Shown: positions 34,618 through 46,211, counted from the stretch's first letter. The stretch is 64,000 bases of DNA from an uncultured Pseudomonadota bacterium (GCA_963836235.1 CAWIIP010000005.1:267479-331478), one strand, 5' to 3'. The notes: generated by a model from the sequence alone, not told the origin. Numbers and translations: made by a program.

Positions 34618-35286
34618 TCAGGAATGCGTTAGTTGCACCGTCGCGTCTAAAAGTTCCAACAGCCGTTGTTTCACTTCATTCCATTGTGCTCCGCCATCGC
34701 CGCTTTGCTTGGATTGCTGCCAGACCATGACCAATTGGGTCAGGATCTTGTCCCCTTCCGCGATCAAAGCCATGCGAATGGCCAAGTGACGGTTTTCTTC
34801 TTCTTGCTCAAGTTCTTCCTTCAACTTTTGGATCATCTGGTTTTGCGCTTCGGGACTCACCGCCGCCGCTTGAAGCGATGCCTTGATCTCCGCTTCCACC
34901 TTTTGCCGGATAGAAGATTCTAAAACTTTTAAAAGTTCATTGTTGTCCGTCGACACCATCATGGTTGCGGCTGGCGCGACGACCGCCACCGGGGCCGCCG
35001 GTGGAGTAAATTCCTTCCAATCCTCTTCCGACGCCAGTTCCGTCTTGATGCCTTTGCTATCCCCGAAAATCATGGGCATGAATTCGTTTATCTTATCATG
35101 ATAAACTTTCAGTCCAACTTCCATTTCCTTCAAATCATCCACGTTTTTGGCGTAAATCACCAAGTTATATCTGGTCAGTTCCTTAACCCGGGCCGCTTTG
35201 AGGTGGTCGTGGAGACGCGGTTCCCGGACTTGGAGGAGCTTGCAGAACGCATCCCACTGGTTTTGGACTTCAACTGCGGCGGCCAT
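34618..35286 (-). CDS. Hypothetical protein with coiled-coil C-terminus
   Basis: SD GGGAG before ATG 35286; two-domain layout with Ala/Pro linker. Confidence 0.75.
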   Translation of the reverse strand: MAAAVEVQNQWDAFCKLLQVREPRLHDHLKAARVKELTRYNLVIYAKNVDDLKEMEVGLKVYHDKINEFMPMIFGDSKGIKTELASEEDWKEFTPPAAPVAVVAPAATMMVSTDNNELLKVLESSIRQKVEAEIKASLQAAAVSPEAQNQMIQKLKEELEQEEENRHLAIRMALIAEGDKILTQLVMVWQQSKQSGDGGAQWNEVKQRLLELLDATVQLTHS

Positions 35287-36851
35287 AGGGGCTCCCAATG
35301 ATTTTCTCTTAACTGCCGCAATAAACGCGGAAGATACGGCAAAAGATCCCCCGCCAACAACCCGTCGGGACCCAACCTCCGGCTGGCTTTCTCGCCCGCC
35401 AAGCCGTGAATATAAACCCCAGTAGTAGCCGCGTCAAAGGGTGAAAGACGTTGGGCCAGCAGCCCGCCGATGATTCCAGACAAGACATCCCCGGTGCCTC
35501 CGGTCGCCAGTCCACGGTTTCCGGTGGGGTTGATTCGAACCTCTCCCTGGGGATTGGCAATGACAGTGAATCTTCCTTTTAAAACAACGGTCACATTATA
35601 GCCTTGGGCAATATGCTTCGCAACTTTAACACGGTTTTGTTCCACCTCGTTTATAGTCGTTTTCAACAGCCAAGCGGCTTCTCCCGGATGGGGCGTTAAA
35701 ATAGCGGGTGCCCTCAAAGCTTTAAAGATGTCTAATTGTCCCCCCAACAGGTTGAGGGCGTCGGCATCCACCACCATAGGAACAGTGAGTTTGGTCAGGA
35801 GTTCCCTTAAGAGTTGTCCTGTCTCGCGATGGCGGCCAATCCCTGGCCCGATCACGATCGAATTCACATTGGTGGTGAGATGAAGAATTCTTCCTGTGGC
35901 TTTCAGGGAAAGAAAGCCTCCCTCCACTTCCGGTACCGGCGCTGTCATGGGTTCAGTGAGTTTCACCGACATAATTGGAATCAAGCTTTCTGGGCAGGCC
36001 ACGGTGACCAATCCCGCGCCGATCCGTTGGGCTCCATAAGCGCTTAGGGCCGCCGCACCCGTCAACCCCGTCGCACCGGCAACGATCACGACCCGTCCAC
36101 GAGTTCCTTTATGGGTATTCTCGTCATACTTTGGAAGGGATCTTTGTACTATAGAAATTTCCGAGACTTCATGCCTCAAGGAAGAATCAGTAAGAAGAGC
36201 TTCCGGAAATCCGATGTCTTCCACGACGACCCGGCCCGTGTAGGTGGAGCCTATGGGAGTATAAAATCCGATCTTCGAAAGTCCGAAGGTGACCGTTAAT
36301 TGAGCGGGTAAGGCTTCTCCCATGGGGGCACCCGAATCAGCGGATAAACCAGAGGGGATATCCACCGCCGCAATGGACTTCCCAAGCGTTTTCACCATTT
36401 GAATCAGATCCCGGCAGATACCCTCGATAGGCCGAGAAAGGCCCGTCCCAAACAAAGCATCCACTAATAGATCGCATTCCTCCAAAGCCACCCGAACCGA
36501 TTTCAAGCCATCGGCGTTGGTTAAAGGGATAAGGGGAACTTTTGCCGCCTTAGCTTTTTGAAATTGTTTGAGTGGTTCACCTGACAGGTCCTCCTCTTCA
36601 CCCGTAAGAATCACCACCACACTGGCTTTTTTTTGTTTCAAGAGGCGGGCGGTAACAAGCCCATCTCCCCCGTTGTTTCCTTTTCCACAAAGAACTCCAA
36701 TGGTTTTATCCTCCAAATTACCCCAAGTTTCTTCCAGAACCTTAACCACGGCGCCACCCGCTTTTTCCATGAGTCCTGAAATGGATTGGCCATGCTCTTT
36801 TACTGCCAATTCATCGATTTTTCGCATGTCTTGTGCCGTGGCTAATTTCAT
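35175..36851 (-). CDS. nnr: Bifunctional NAD(P)HX epimerase/dehydratase
   Basis: GKGNNGGDG, DALFGTG, DIPSG, HKG, DADAL, TPHPGE, GGTGDVL. Confidence 0.95.
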   Translation of the reverse strand: MKLATAQDMRKIDELAVKEHGQSISGLMEKAGGAVVKVLEETWGNLEDKTIGVLCGKGNNGGDGLVTARLLKQKKASVVVILTGEEEDLSGEPLKQFQKAKAAKVPLIPLTNADGLKSVRVALEECDLLVDALFGTGLSRPIEGICRDLIQMVKTLGKSIAAVDIPSGLSADSGAPMGEALPAQLTVTFGLSKIGFYTPIGSTYTGRVVVEDIGFPEALLTDSSLRHEVSEISIVQRSLPKYDENTHKGTRGRVVIVAGATGLTGAAALSAYGAQRIGAGLVTVACPESLIPIMSVKLTEPMTAPVPEVEGGFLSLKATGRILHLTTNVNSIVIGPGIGRHRETGQLLRELLTKLTVPMVVDADALNLLGGQLDIFKALRAPAILTPHPGEAAWLLKTTINEVEQNRVKVAKHIAQGYNVTVVLKGRFTVIANPQGEVRINPTGNRGLATGGTGDVLSGIIGGLLAQRLSPFDAATTGVYIHGLAGEKASRRLGPDGLLAGDLLPYLPRLLRQLRENHWEPLWPPQLKSKTSGMRSASSSKSGNRVSTTTSKRPGLRN

Positions 36852-38371
36852 TTCAAGTTTCCTTTCCCCCGATTCGGAATGTGATAAACCCGGCTCCTAA
36901 AAAATTGGGGCACAAACCGATAAGCGACTGAGGCCGTGCGGTTTTGAAGGCTCGGGTCTTCCATGACATCGGTTAAAAGGGGAACCACCATGCTTTGATC
37001 CTCGTGGAGAGCCTCCGCCCCGTAGTCTTCCACTAAATGGTGATCGACATTATTGAGACGGGGTATGTAAAAGCTATGAAGCACGACATAATCACCGGGC
37101 TTGGGTTTAAATTGTGTGTTTTGCACCAGATAAGGCATGAGGGTCACTTTCCTTCCTGACCAATATTGGGTTTTAGGCAGCTCATCCGAATAAATGACCG
37201 CGTCCGCCGGGAGGTTTTTGAGGAATTCAGATGAACGCTTGATGTCCCCAAACGAATCGTTTTGGCTGATAAGCACGGCCGCCGAATAAAGGAAAAGCCA
37301 TGACAGGCAGAGCGTCAAAAGCCCGTTCTTCATGAACATCACCCGTACCGCCCCGGAGCTTTTATCCAAACTTTCAAAAAAAGTTTCCAAATGAAACCCT
37401 GCGGCCAAAAGAAGCAAAGGCAAAAAAGGCATCATGTGCCGGTCTTGGTAAGTGGCGGGAATAAGGCGGGATATGAAAATTAAGACGTAGATTTGAAGGG
37501 TAACTTTTATAAAGGCCTCACCCTCGAGTCCCGGACGCCTCACCATCTTGGCCAAACCCAAAACGGCAAACCAGAAAACCAGGGGCGTGAATACATACAA
37601 AGGCTGGGACATATAAGCATAAAAGTGATCAATAAAATTCATGAAGGGAAACATAATGCGGCCTGGACCCTCGGTAAGCCCCATCCCTTCCCGATAAGCC
37701 CAAAGAAGGATTATTAGTTTTTGGCTTAAAAAATAAACCGGCGCCACCCAGGTCAATATCAGTCCCAATGCTCTTTTCCATGTATTGTCCTTGGAAAAAC
37801 CGATACCTAAAACCAAAATCCAGGGAAGCAAAAGAATTCCCTCGGGACGGGTCAAGGCGGCGATGGCTCCGGCAAGGCAGGCTCCCCACCAGGCTCCCTC
37901 ATTTTTTTCGACATAAACCACGGTGAGCCTTTCCAGGCACCACCAAAAGGCCGCCAGGAAAAGGGTGTCGGGCATGACCTTCAAGGACCATTGCCAAAGC
38001 AAGGGCGAGAACAGGGCCATGGAGCAAATGATCCCCGCCATTTCCATCGGCACCCAGCGCCGGGCGAGTTTCCATAAGGGGATCAAAAAGAGAATCCCCG
38101 CCAGGGAGGAAAGGATTCGTCCCCAAAACCAGCCAGAAATTCCCAATTGCTGCCCCAGCCATAAAAGGGCGGGATATCCCGGCATAATGACAAAGCGGGG
38201 AGTCTGCACCAAGTCAGGCGAGAAGTAAGTCAGACTTAACACCCCGTCGGTGGTCTCTGCCGAGGCCAGCTTGAGCATGGGTACGCGGACGAGAAGTCCT
38301 ATGAAAGCGAGGAACCAAAACCATTGGGTTGCGGTCAGTTGCCTGGGTTTGTAGGGCCTGGGCTCGGTCAT
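36848..38371 (-). CDS. GT-C fold (ArnT/PMT-like) membrane glycosyltransferase
   Basis: Many TMs; acidic ETTD in first loop; PGYP, MPD, TRPEG, DRH..P motifs. Confidence 0.8.
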   Translation of the reverse strand: MTEPRPYKPRQLTATQWFWFLAFIGLLVRVPMLKLASAETTDGVLSLTYFSPDLVQTPRFVIMPGYPALLWLGQQLGISGWFWGRILSSLAGILFLIPLWKLARRWVPMEMAGIICSMALFSPLLWQWSLKVMPDTLFLAAFWWCLERLTVVYVEKNEGAWWGACLAGAIAALTRPEGILLLPWILVLGIGFSKDNTWKRALGLILTWVAPVYFLSQKLIILLWAYREGMGLTEGPGRIMFPFMNFIDHFYAYMSQPLYVFTPLVFWFAVLGLAKMVRRPGLEGEAFIKVTLQIYVLIFISRLIPATYQDRHMMPFLPLLLLAAGFHLETFFESLDKSSGAVRVMFMKNGLLTLCLSWLFLYSAAVLISQNDSFGDIKRSSEFLKNLPADAVIYSDELPKTQYWSGRKVTLMPYLVQNTQFKPKPGDYVVLHSFYIPRLNNVDHHLVEDYGAEALHEDQSMVVPLLTDVMEDPSLQNRTASVAYRFVPQFFRSRVYHIPNRGKGNLK

Positions 38372-38766
38372 TTTCTCTTTCCAGACTGAGTGGATTCGAA
38401 TATCACGGTGGCGGTGGCGTCCCTTTTGCTGTGGGCAATGGTCAAATGCATTTGGTTGATTTTTCGTTGAGCCCGAAGCTTTTCCATGATGCCCGTCAAC
38501 TTCAGCGCTGGTTTCCCGCTAGGTTCACGGACAACCTCAATTTGTGTCCATTTCCAACGGCTACCGAAACCATGGCTGAAAGCCTTGATGACAGCTTCTT
38601 TCGCGGCAAAACGACCGGACAGGGAAGGATAAGGATCTTTTTTCCGAAGACAGTACTGGGCCTCACCGGGAGTAAAAAGACGGTCAATAAAGCGTTGGCC
38701 ATGTTTCAAATGGGCCCGCTTCACCCTATCAATTTCAATCAAATCCACACCCAATCCAATAATCAT
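38368..38766 (-). CDS. acpS: Holo-ACP synthase
   Basis: GVDLIE, RFAAKEAVIKA, GKP, IAH. Confidence 0.95.
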   Translation of the reverse strand: MIIGLGVDLIEIDRVKRAHLKHGQRFIDRLFTPGEAQYCLRKKDPYPSLSGRFAAKEAVIKAFSHGFGSRWKWTQIEVVREPSGKPALKLTGIMEKLRAQRKINQMHLTIAHSKRDATATVIFESTQSGKRK

Positions 38767-38832
38767 GTTGCATACCTTTTGTTACAAGAACAGTGAATCC
38801 ATTTTATCTTTACGCCGGATCGAAATCCAAGG

Positions 38833-39192
38833 TTACCTGGAAGATGATGGAAATCGCACCCAAATCTTGCCGTTTTCGGTTTTGACCTCATATACCCCAA
38901 TCCGGTCGCCAGATAGGCCTTTGGTGGCCATACCGGTAGCTAGGTCGAAAGTCCATTGGTGGAGGGGGCAGACGACATTGTTGCCGAAGAAGGTTCCCCG
39001 GCCCAAATAGCCCCCCACGTGGGGGCAGTCGTTATCAAAGGCGTAGATTTTTCCGTACCGTTTGGCGAGCGTGATCCGGCGGCCCTTGATCGTCACGATC
39101 TCCATGCTATTGTCGGCCAGGGAAGTTTCATCAAAGACTTCATGAAAAGCGGAGGGACTATCGGGGTTCAAGCGTGGCTCCCGGAAAGGCAA
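38833..39192 (-). CDS. Rieske [2Fe-2S] ferredoxin
   Basis: CPH...CPLH ligands. Confidence 0.9.
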   Translation of the reverse strand: MPFREPRLNPDSPSAFHEVFDETSLADNSMEIVTIKGRRITLAKRYGKIYAFDNDCPHVGGYLGRGTFFGNNVVCPLHQWTFDLATGMATKGLSGDRIGVYEVKTENGKIWVRFPSSSR

Positions 39193-39194
39193 TC

Positions 39195-39617
39195 TTATTT
39201 TTTGAGGGCTTTGGCTTCCTCGACGACTTTCAACCGGGCCTTAGCGCGGGCTAGGGTGAGCTTGGCCGTTTCGAGTTCGGACACCGTCTTCTTGGACAAA
39301 ATTAATTCTTCGGCTTCTCTCTGGTCCTTTTGGGCTTCCTGCACATCGATCTCTTCGGCCTTGGTGTACCCTTCCGCCAACACGATGACCGAGTTATCGT
39401 GGATTTCGGCGAATCCGCCGGCTAAGTAGTAAAGATCACGAACTTGCCCCCCCTTCACCACCCTCATGGGCCCCGGTTTGAGGGCAGCCAACAGGGACAT
39501 ATGCTGGGCCAAAACCCCGAATTCACCCATTTCGCCCGGAAGAATAACGGTCGTTACTTCTTCCGTCAGGGAAGAATGGAAGGGTGCTACCACTTGAAGT
39601 TTAAAAGTCTTGGACAT
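39195..39617 (-). CDS. atpC: ATP synthase epsilon subunit
   Basis: PGEMGEFGVL..H, GGFAE; operon position. Confidence 0.95.
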   Translation of the reverse strand: MSKTFKLQVVAPFHSSLTEEVTTVILPGEMGEFGVLAQHMSLLAALKPGPMRVVKGGQVRDLYYLAGGFAEIHDNSVIVLAEGYTKAEEIDVQEAQKDQREAEELILSKKTVSELETAKLTLARAKARLKVVEEAKALKK

Positions 39618-39650
39618 AACCATCCTCAAAATAAGGTTTTGAGTTAAGGA

Positions 39651-39710
39651 AAGGTTTTTAATCCCTGATTAAAAACCTTATTTATCACTCAGAACTTAAA
39701 ATTCAAAACT
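39651..39710. repeat. 13-bp perfect hairpin plus heptamer repeats between atpD and atpC
   Basis: AAGGTTTTTAATC-CCT-GATTAAAAACCTT; ACTCAGA ACTTAAA ATTCAAA. Confidence 0.6.
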
Positions 39711-39717
39711 ATTTTTC

Positions 39718-41148
<1,431 letters not shown>

Positions 41149-41170
41149 TTAAAATTCAAAATCGCTTTTA

Positions 41171-42034
41171 CTACAGTGCGGCTGCCCCACCCACGATTTC
41201 AGCCAATTCCTTAGTGATCATGGCCTGCCGGGCACGGTTAAATTCCAGTGTCAGTTTCGATATCATCTCCGAGGCGTTTTTACTGGCCGATTCCATGGCG
41301 TTTCGCTTGGCCCCCATTTCAGAGGAAAAGCTTTCTAATAAATAACGGTGGATTTGGGTGGCTAGATATTGGGAAATTAATTTTTCCACGATCGTTTCAA
41401 TGTCCGGTTCAAACTCGAAATCGCCTCCGATGTAATTAGGAGTCTTGCCTTCGCCGGGAAGCTCCTGAACCTTGATCGGCAGCAAGGCGGCTAATGTCAC
41501 TTTTTGGTTGAGAACGCTTTTGAACTCGGTGTAAAGCACGTGAATCGATTTGTATTTTTCGGTGATGAACAGGGTTTCGATTTCATCACGCATTTCCAAT
41601 ACCGTCTCATAGGGGACGCGAGGAAAGACCGAAAGCCATTCCCGGTGGATGGGGACGTTCCGCCGTTTGAAAAAATCCCTCCCCTTTTTGCCGACAGTCA
41701 ATAATACGGTGCCCGGATTTTCCCGTAAATAGGCTTGGGCCTGGCGGAACACGTTGGTATTAAAGCTTCCGCAAAGGCCCCGGTCCGCGGTGATGACCAT
41801 CAGAGCCGTCTTTCCTTCCTCCCGAACGGTCAAAAGGGGATGCACATCCTGGGCGGCTTTTTGGGCAAGGTTTTGCATCACGTCTGCCATTCGCTGGGCG
41901 AAGGGCCTTGCCCCCAAAATACGTTCCTGGGCGCGTTTCAACCGGGCCGTCGCCACCATTTTCATGGCCTTCGTGATCTGTCCGATATTCTTGACGCTCT
42001 TAATGCGTGTTTTAATTTCTTTAATCTGCGCCAC
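41171..42034 (-). CDS. atpG: ATP synthase gamma subunit
   Basis: ITKAMKMV, DRGLCGSFN, NRARQAMIT.E. Confidence 0.97.
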   Translation of the reverse strand: MAQIKEIKTRIKSVKNIGQITKAMKMVATARLKRAQERILGARPFAQRMADVMQNLAQKAAQDVHPLLTVREEGKTALMVITADRGLCGSFNTNVFRQAQAYLRENPGTVLLTVGKKGRDFFKRRNVPIHREWLSVFPRVPYETVLEMRDEIETLFITEKYKSIHVLYTEFKSVLNQKVTLAALLPIKVQELPGEGKTPNYIGGDFEFEPDIETIVEKLISQYLATQIHRYLLESFSSEMGAKRNAMESASKNASEMISKLTLEFNRARQAMITKELAEIVGGAAAL

Positions 42035-42137
42035 GGCTTAACCTTTTGACCGCTGATGAGGATGATAAAAGCCGATACCGGATGGGGGGTTATCAGCATT
42101 TATCGGCCATTAGGAACGGTCCTACGTTTTAAAAGAC

Positions 42138-43649
42138 TCAATAAAAAGTTTTCGAAAATTCCTCGATGGCGACGGTTAACTTGGTTTTAGTATCATCGGT
42201 CAGGTCGTTCTTAGCCTTAATTTCCTTCAAAATCTCAGGCTGCTTGGACTTCAAGAAGGAAAGAAGCCCGGACTCAAAAGCTTTGACTTTGGTGACTGGC
42301 AAGGGATCTAGAAATCCATTATTTGCGGCAAAAATGGCAGCCACTTGATCTTCCATTTCTACGGGGGCATATTGGGACTGCTTTAAAAGCTCCACTAGGC
42401 GCGCTCCCCGGTTTAATTGAGCCATCGAGGATTTATCCAATTCCGCCCCAAATTGGGCGAAAGCCGCTAATTCGTTATATTGCGCCATATCCAGCTTGAG
42501 TTTCCCCGCCACCTTCTTGGTGGCCTTGGTTTGGGCATTCCCCCCCACGCGGGAAACGGAAATTCCGACGTTGATAGCTGGCCGGATACCGGAATAGAAA
42601 AGATTGGACTCCAGAAATATTTGCCCATCAGTGATGGAAATCACGTTAGTGGGGATGTAAGCCGTCACGTCGCCCGCCTGAGTTTCAATAATGGGAAGGG
42701 CTGTCAAGGAGCCGCCTCCCAATTTTTCATTCAGTTTGCAGGCGCGTTCCAAAAGACGTGAATGAAGGTAGAAAACGTCGCCCGGATAAGCCTCGCGGCC
42801 GGGCGGACGGCGCAAAAGCAAGGATAACTCACGGTAGGCTACGGCCTGCTTGGACAAATCATCATAGACCACCAAGGCATGGCCCCCGTTATAGGTGAAT
42901 TCCTCAGCGATGGCGCAACCGGCATAAGGAGCAATGTACTGCAGGGGCGCCGGATCGGAAGCGGTTGCCGAAACAATGATGCAATAGTTGAGGGCATCGT
43001 GCTCCTCCAGGGTGCGGACGACTTGGGCGACCGTGGATTTCTTTTGGCCAATCGCCACGTAAACGCACATGACGTTCTTGCCCTTCAAGTTCAAGATGGC
43101 GTCAATAGCCACGGCGGTCTTCCCCGTTTGGCGGTCACCGATGATAAGTTCGCGTTGCCCGCGGCCGATGGGGATCATGCAGTCGATGGCCTTGATGCCC
43201 GTTTGCAGTGGCTCCTTCACTGGTTGGCGTTGCACCACTCCCGGCGCTTTGATTTCCAAACGGCGGCTGGAGGAGGCTTTCAAGGGTCCTTTTCCATCCA
43301 ATGGCTGACCCAAGGGATTAACCACACGGCCCAGGAGTTCCTTGCCCGTGGGCACCTCGGCGATTCGGCCGGTCAAATGCACCGGGTCACCTTCATTGAC
43401 TTTTTGAGTTTCGCCCATTAAAACCGCGCCCACCGAGTCGGTTTCCAGGTTGAAGGCAATACCGTAAACTTCATTGGGAAATTTGAGAAGCTCACCAGCC
43501 ATGGCGTTCTTGAGCCCATAAATGACGGCCACGCCGTCACCCACTTTCAGAACCTCGCCCACTTGGGCCAGTTCCGCTTCGGGCTTGAACTCTTCGATCC
43601 TGGACTTGAGGATCTTGGTTACTTCATCCGCTTGAATTGCCACTTCCAT
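42138..43649 (-). CDS. atpA: ATP synthase alpha subunit
   Basis: [21 protein letters not shown]. Confidence 0.98.
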   Translation of the reverse strand: MEVAIQADEVTKILKSRIEEFKPEAELAQVGEVLKVGDGVAVIYGLKNAMAGELLKFPNEVYGIAFNLETDSVGAVLMGETQKVNEGDPVHLTGRIAEVPTGKELLGRVVNPLGQPLDGKGPLKASSSRRLEIKAPGVVQRQPVKEPLQTGIKAIDCMIPIGRGQRELIIGDRQTGKTAVAIDAILNLKGKNVMCVYVAIGQKKSTVAQVVRTLEEHDALNYCIIVSATASDPAPLQYIAPYAGCAIAEEFTYNGGHALVVYDDLSKQAVAYRELSLLLRRPPGREAYPGDVFYLHSRLLERACKLNEKLGGGSLTALPIIETQAGDVTAYIPTNVISITDGQIFLESNLFYSGIRPAINVGISVSRVGGNAQTKATKKVAGKLKLDMAQYNELAAFAQFGAELDKSSMAQLNRGARLVELLKQSQYAPVEMEDQVAAIFAANNGFLDPLPVTKVKAFESGLLSFLKSKQPEILKEIKAKNDLTDDTKTKLTVAIEEFSKTFY

Positions 43650-43658
43650 CCTCCGGTA

Positions 43659-44204
43659 TTATTCAATTTCCACTTTCAACAGCCTCTGTTTCATGCGTTC
43701 CAACTGGCCCAATACGCTTCCATCCATGCGCTGGTCGCCCAAGTAAATCATTATTCCGCCGATCAAATCCGGCTTCACTTCTTCTTTTAGTTCCACCGCG
43801 ACCCCAAACATTTGGGACAGCTTTTCAGTCAATGTCTTTTTTTGATCCGCGGCCAGAGGCAGGGCCGTCAAGACCCGGGCAATGGCTTTGCCCTTCATTT
43901 GATATAGAAGCCGCTCGTAATGGTCCGCCACCGCCTTTAAGTGCTTAATGCGTTTTTTCATGATCAAAAGCATGAGAAAGTTTTCCATGGTCGCGGATAA
44001 CTTCTCGCCCAAGAAGCCTCTCAGGGCCGTCAATTTTTCCACGGTTTTTACCCGGGGATGCTCCAAGGTGGTTTTAAGGCCGGCGTTTTGCTCCACAAGC
44101 TTTTGGATCGATTGAATTTCAGCGCCGATCGCGTCAACCGTTTTCTGTTCCTGGGCTACCTGTAAAAGCGCCACCGCATATTTTTCCGCGATAACCGATT
44201 CCAT
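43659..44204 (-). CDS. atpH: ATP synthase delta subunit
   Basis: YAVAL, LIGG, DGSV; operon position. Confidence 0.95.
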   Translation of the reverse strand: MESVIAEKYAVALLQVAQEQKTVDAIGAEIQSIQKLVEQNAGLKTTLEHPRVKTVEKLTALRGFLGEKLSATMENFLMLLIMKKRIKHLKAVADHYERLLYQMKGKAIARVLTALPLAADQKKTLTEKLSQMFGVAVELKEEVKPDLIGGIMIYLGDQRMDGSVLGQLERMKQRLLKVEIE

Positions 44205-44242
44205 ATTATTTTTCTCCCGCCAACGTCTGAAATTCGCCTCGA

Positions 44243-44731
44243 TCAGTTCTTTCGGGCGCCCAATTCCTTAACGCCTTCTTGGACTAATTTTTCCTGTGCC
44301 TTCACATCCACGGATGATCGGAGGATCTTTTCCGCGATCGCGACCGCCATATTCCCAACCTCTTTTTGAAGCGACTGAGTCACGGCTAGGCGTTCACTTT
44401 CAATGGCTTTCCGGGCCTCCAGAAGGATCAGTTCCGCTTCCTTGCGGGCAGCCTGGATCACTTCGTCCCTAGAATGGGCCGCATCCTGCCGGGTGCGCTG
44501 CAAAATATCAGCTGTATTCTGTTCCAATTCTCTCACTTTTTTATCGAAATCGGACTTAAGCGTTTCCGCTTCTTTTTGCCGCTTTTCCGCTGTGGCAAGC
44601 TGCTCCTCAATGCGTTTTTGGCGGCTTTCCATCCATCCCTTTAATTGTGGAAGAAAAATCTTGGAGGAGAGCCACATTCCTGCGACAAAAGTCGCCAACT
44701 GTAGGAGAAATACATTCAGGTTAAATTCCAT
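44243..44731 (-). CDS. atpF: ATP synthase b subunit
   Basis: N-terminal TM, P..G.M..R, long coiled coil; SD AAGGGA. Confidence 0.92.
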   Translation of the reverse strand: MEFNLNVFLLQLATFVAGMWLSSKIFLPQLKGWMESRQKRIEEQLATAEKRQKEAETLKSDFDKKVRELEQNTADILQRTRQDAAHSRDEVIQAARKEAELILLEARKAIESERLAVTQSLQKEVGNMAVAIAEKILRSSVDVKAQEKLVQEGVKELGARKN

Positions 44732-44799
44732 GGTTTCCCTTTTCTTCAAGTTCAAAAAATCCAGGTGTTTTTAAACCCCGGAACGGATTTCTTTGTTCG

Positions 44800-45153
44800 T
44801 TAATTAATGAACAAATCTTTAAACGGGTTCGCGTAGATTAAAATCATAGCGACCGCCAAAGCATAAATACAAAGGGATTCGATAAAAGCCAAACCGATGA
44901 ACATATTGGTCTGGATCGTGTTCACCATCTCCGGCTGGCGGGCCATGGCTTCCAGCGCCTTGCCCACCGCCGTCCCCTGGCCGATTCCAGTACCGATGGC
45001 TCCCAATCCGATGGCCAATCCGGCCCCCAGCATCGTCATGCCGAAAAACCAAACGCTTCCATCCGCCGCTTTTCCTGTCTGGCCTGCCCAAACCACGCCA
45101 TTGACCGTCAAAAAAACTGCCATCAACGCAACCACCGTCAAAAACCTTTTCAT
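44800..45153 (-). CDS. atpE: ATP synthase c subunit with N-terminal signal-like extension
   Basis: GIGQG, ARQPE, IESLCIY. Confidence 0.96.
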   Translation of the reverse strand: MKRFLTVVALMAVFLTVNGVVWAGQTGKAADGSVWFFGMTMLGAGLAIGLGAIGTGIGQGTAVGKALEAMARQPEMVNTIQTNMFIGLAFIESLCIYALAVAMILIYANPFKDLFIN

Positions 45154-45242
45154 TTACGACTCCTTAAAAATGAATTCACGAATCTCCAAGTACAAGCGGG
45201 GGCGAGTCTTGGGGAATCCCGCTTGCGCGGGAACGTCTGCCG

Positions 45243-46070
45243 TCAACTGTGGGCGGGGGTTCCCTCCATGTTCGCTTCGCCATTCTCTTCGTGTTCCTGG
45301 ATGGCCGCCCCAATGTAAACCATGGAAAGAAACATAAACACAAAACCCTGGATGAAAGAAACGAAAACTCCCAACACAACGATCAAAACACGCAGGACGA
45401 AGGGGAACACGGCGAAAACTTTAAACACAGGAGAGATATTCCAAAGAATCACGACGAGGAGAATGGACACTCCCAGAATTTTTTCCTTCCCCATCATGTT
45501 TCCAAATAATCGCATGGTCAACGAAACTGGTTTGACCAACTCCCCTACCAAATGGATGGCTGGCATCATAATGAGGAGTCCAAGAGAAATGGTACGCATC
45601 ATGATCTTGAGCCAAAGAGGCGACTTCGGGTCAACCACAATCGGCGGCGGGAGAAAGTGCGCCAGATACTTGCCTAACCCCTTTTCCTTGATACCGAAAA
45701 AGTGGCTGGAAAGAAAGACAATCAAAGCCATTCCCACATTGACGTCCACTCGGCTCGTAGGCGACATGGACCCCGGAATAAGGCCCATCAAATTAGAAAA
45801 GAAAATAAAAAGGAAAAGATAAAAAAAGAGGGGGAAAAAGAATGTTGCGTGTTTCCCCACCAGGGGTTCGGACAGGCTTTGAACGAAATCCACGACCATC
45901 TCGAAAAAATTCTGTAACCCGGAAGGTACCAGTTTCATATTGCGGCAGGCCAATCCCAACAGGACCATCAAAAGAATGGAAACAAACCAGGAAATCGTCA
46001 AAGCGTTGATGGCGTTATTCAGCCCCAGAAAATGGAATGGAATAAATACCGGACTCTCGGCCGACTCCAT
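45243..46070 (-). CDS. atpB: ATP synthase a subunit
   Basis: PSGLQNFFE, NLMGLIPG, SLTMRLFGN, IQGFVF. Confidence 0.96.
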   Translation of the reverse strand: MESAESPVFIPFHFLGLNNAINALTISWFVSILLMVLLGLACRNMKLVPSGLQNFFEMVVDFVQSLSEPLVGKHATFFFPLFFYLFLFIFFSNLMGLIPGSMSPTSRVDVNVGMALIVFLSSHFFGIKEKGLGKYLAHFLPPPIVVDPKSPLWLKIMMRTISLGLLIMMPAIHLVGELVKPVSLTMRLFGNMMGKEKILGVSILLVVILWNISPVFKVFAVFPFVLRVLIVVLGVFVSFIQGFVFMFLSMVYIGAAIQEHEENGEANMEGTPAHS

Positions 46071-46182
46071 AGCAGAAACCTTTCGTTGGTCATTCAACTT
46101 CTTAAAAGTGTGGGATGAGGGATAGGTGTTCGAACAATGCTTTAACGAAAAAACTTTACAAAAAGCTTCGCAAAGCGGGGGT

Positions 46183-46211
46183 AGTCTAATGATTTCCCTG
46201 GGAATGGTCAA
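46183..46211 (-). promoter_or_regulatory. sigma70-type promoter upstream of atpB
   Basis: TTGACC-N17-TAGACT. Confidence 0.6.
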
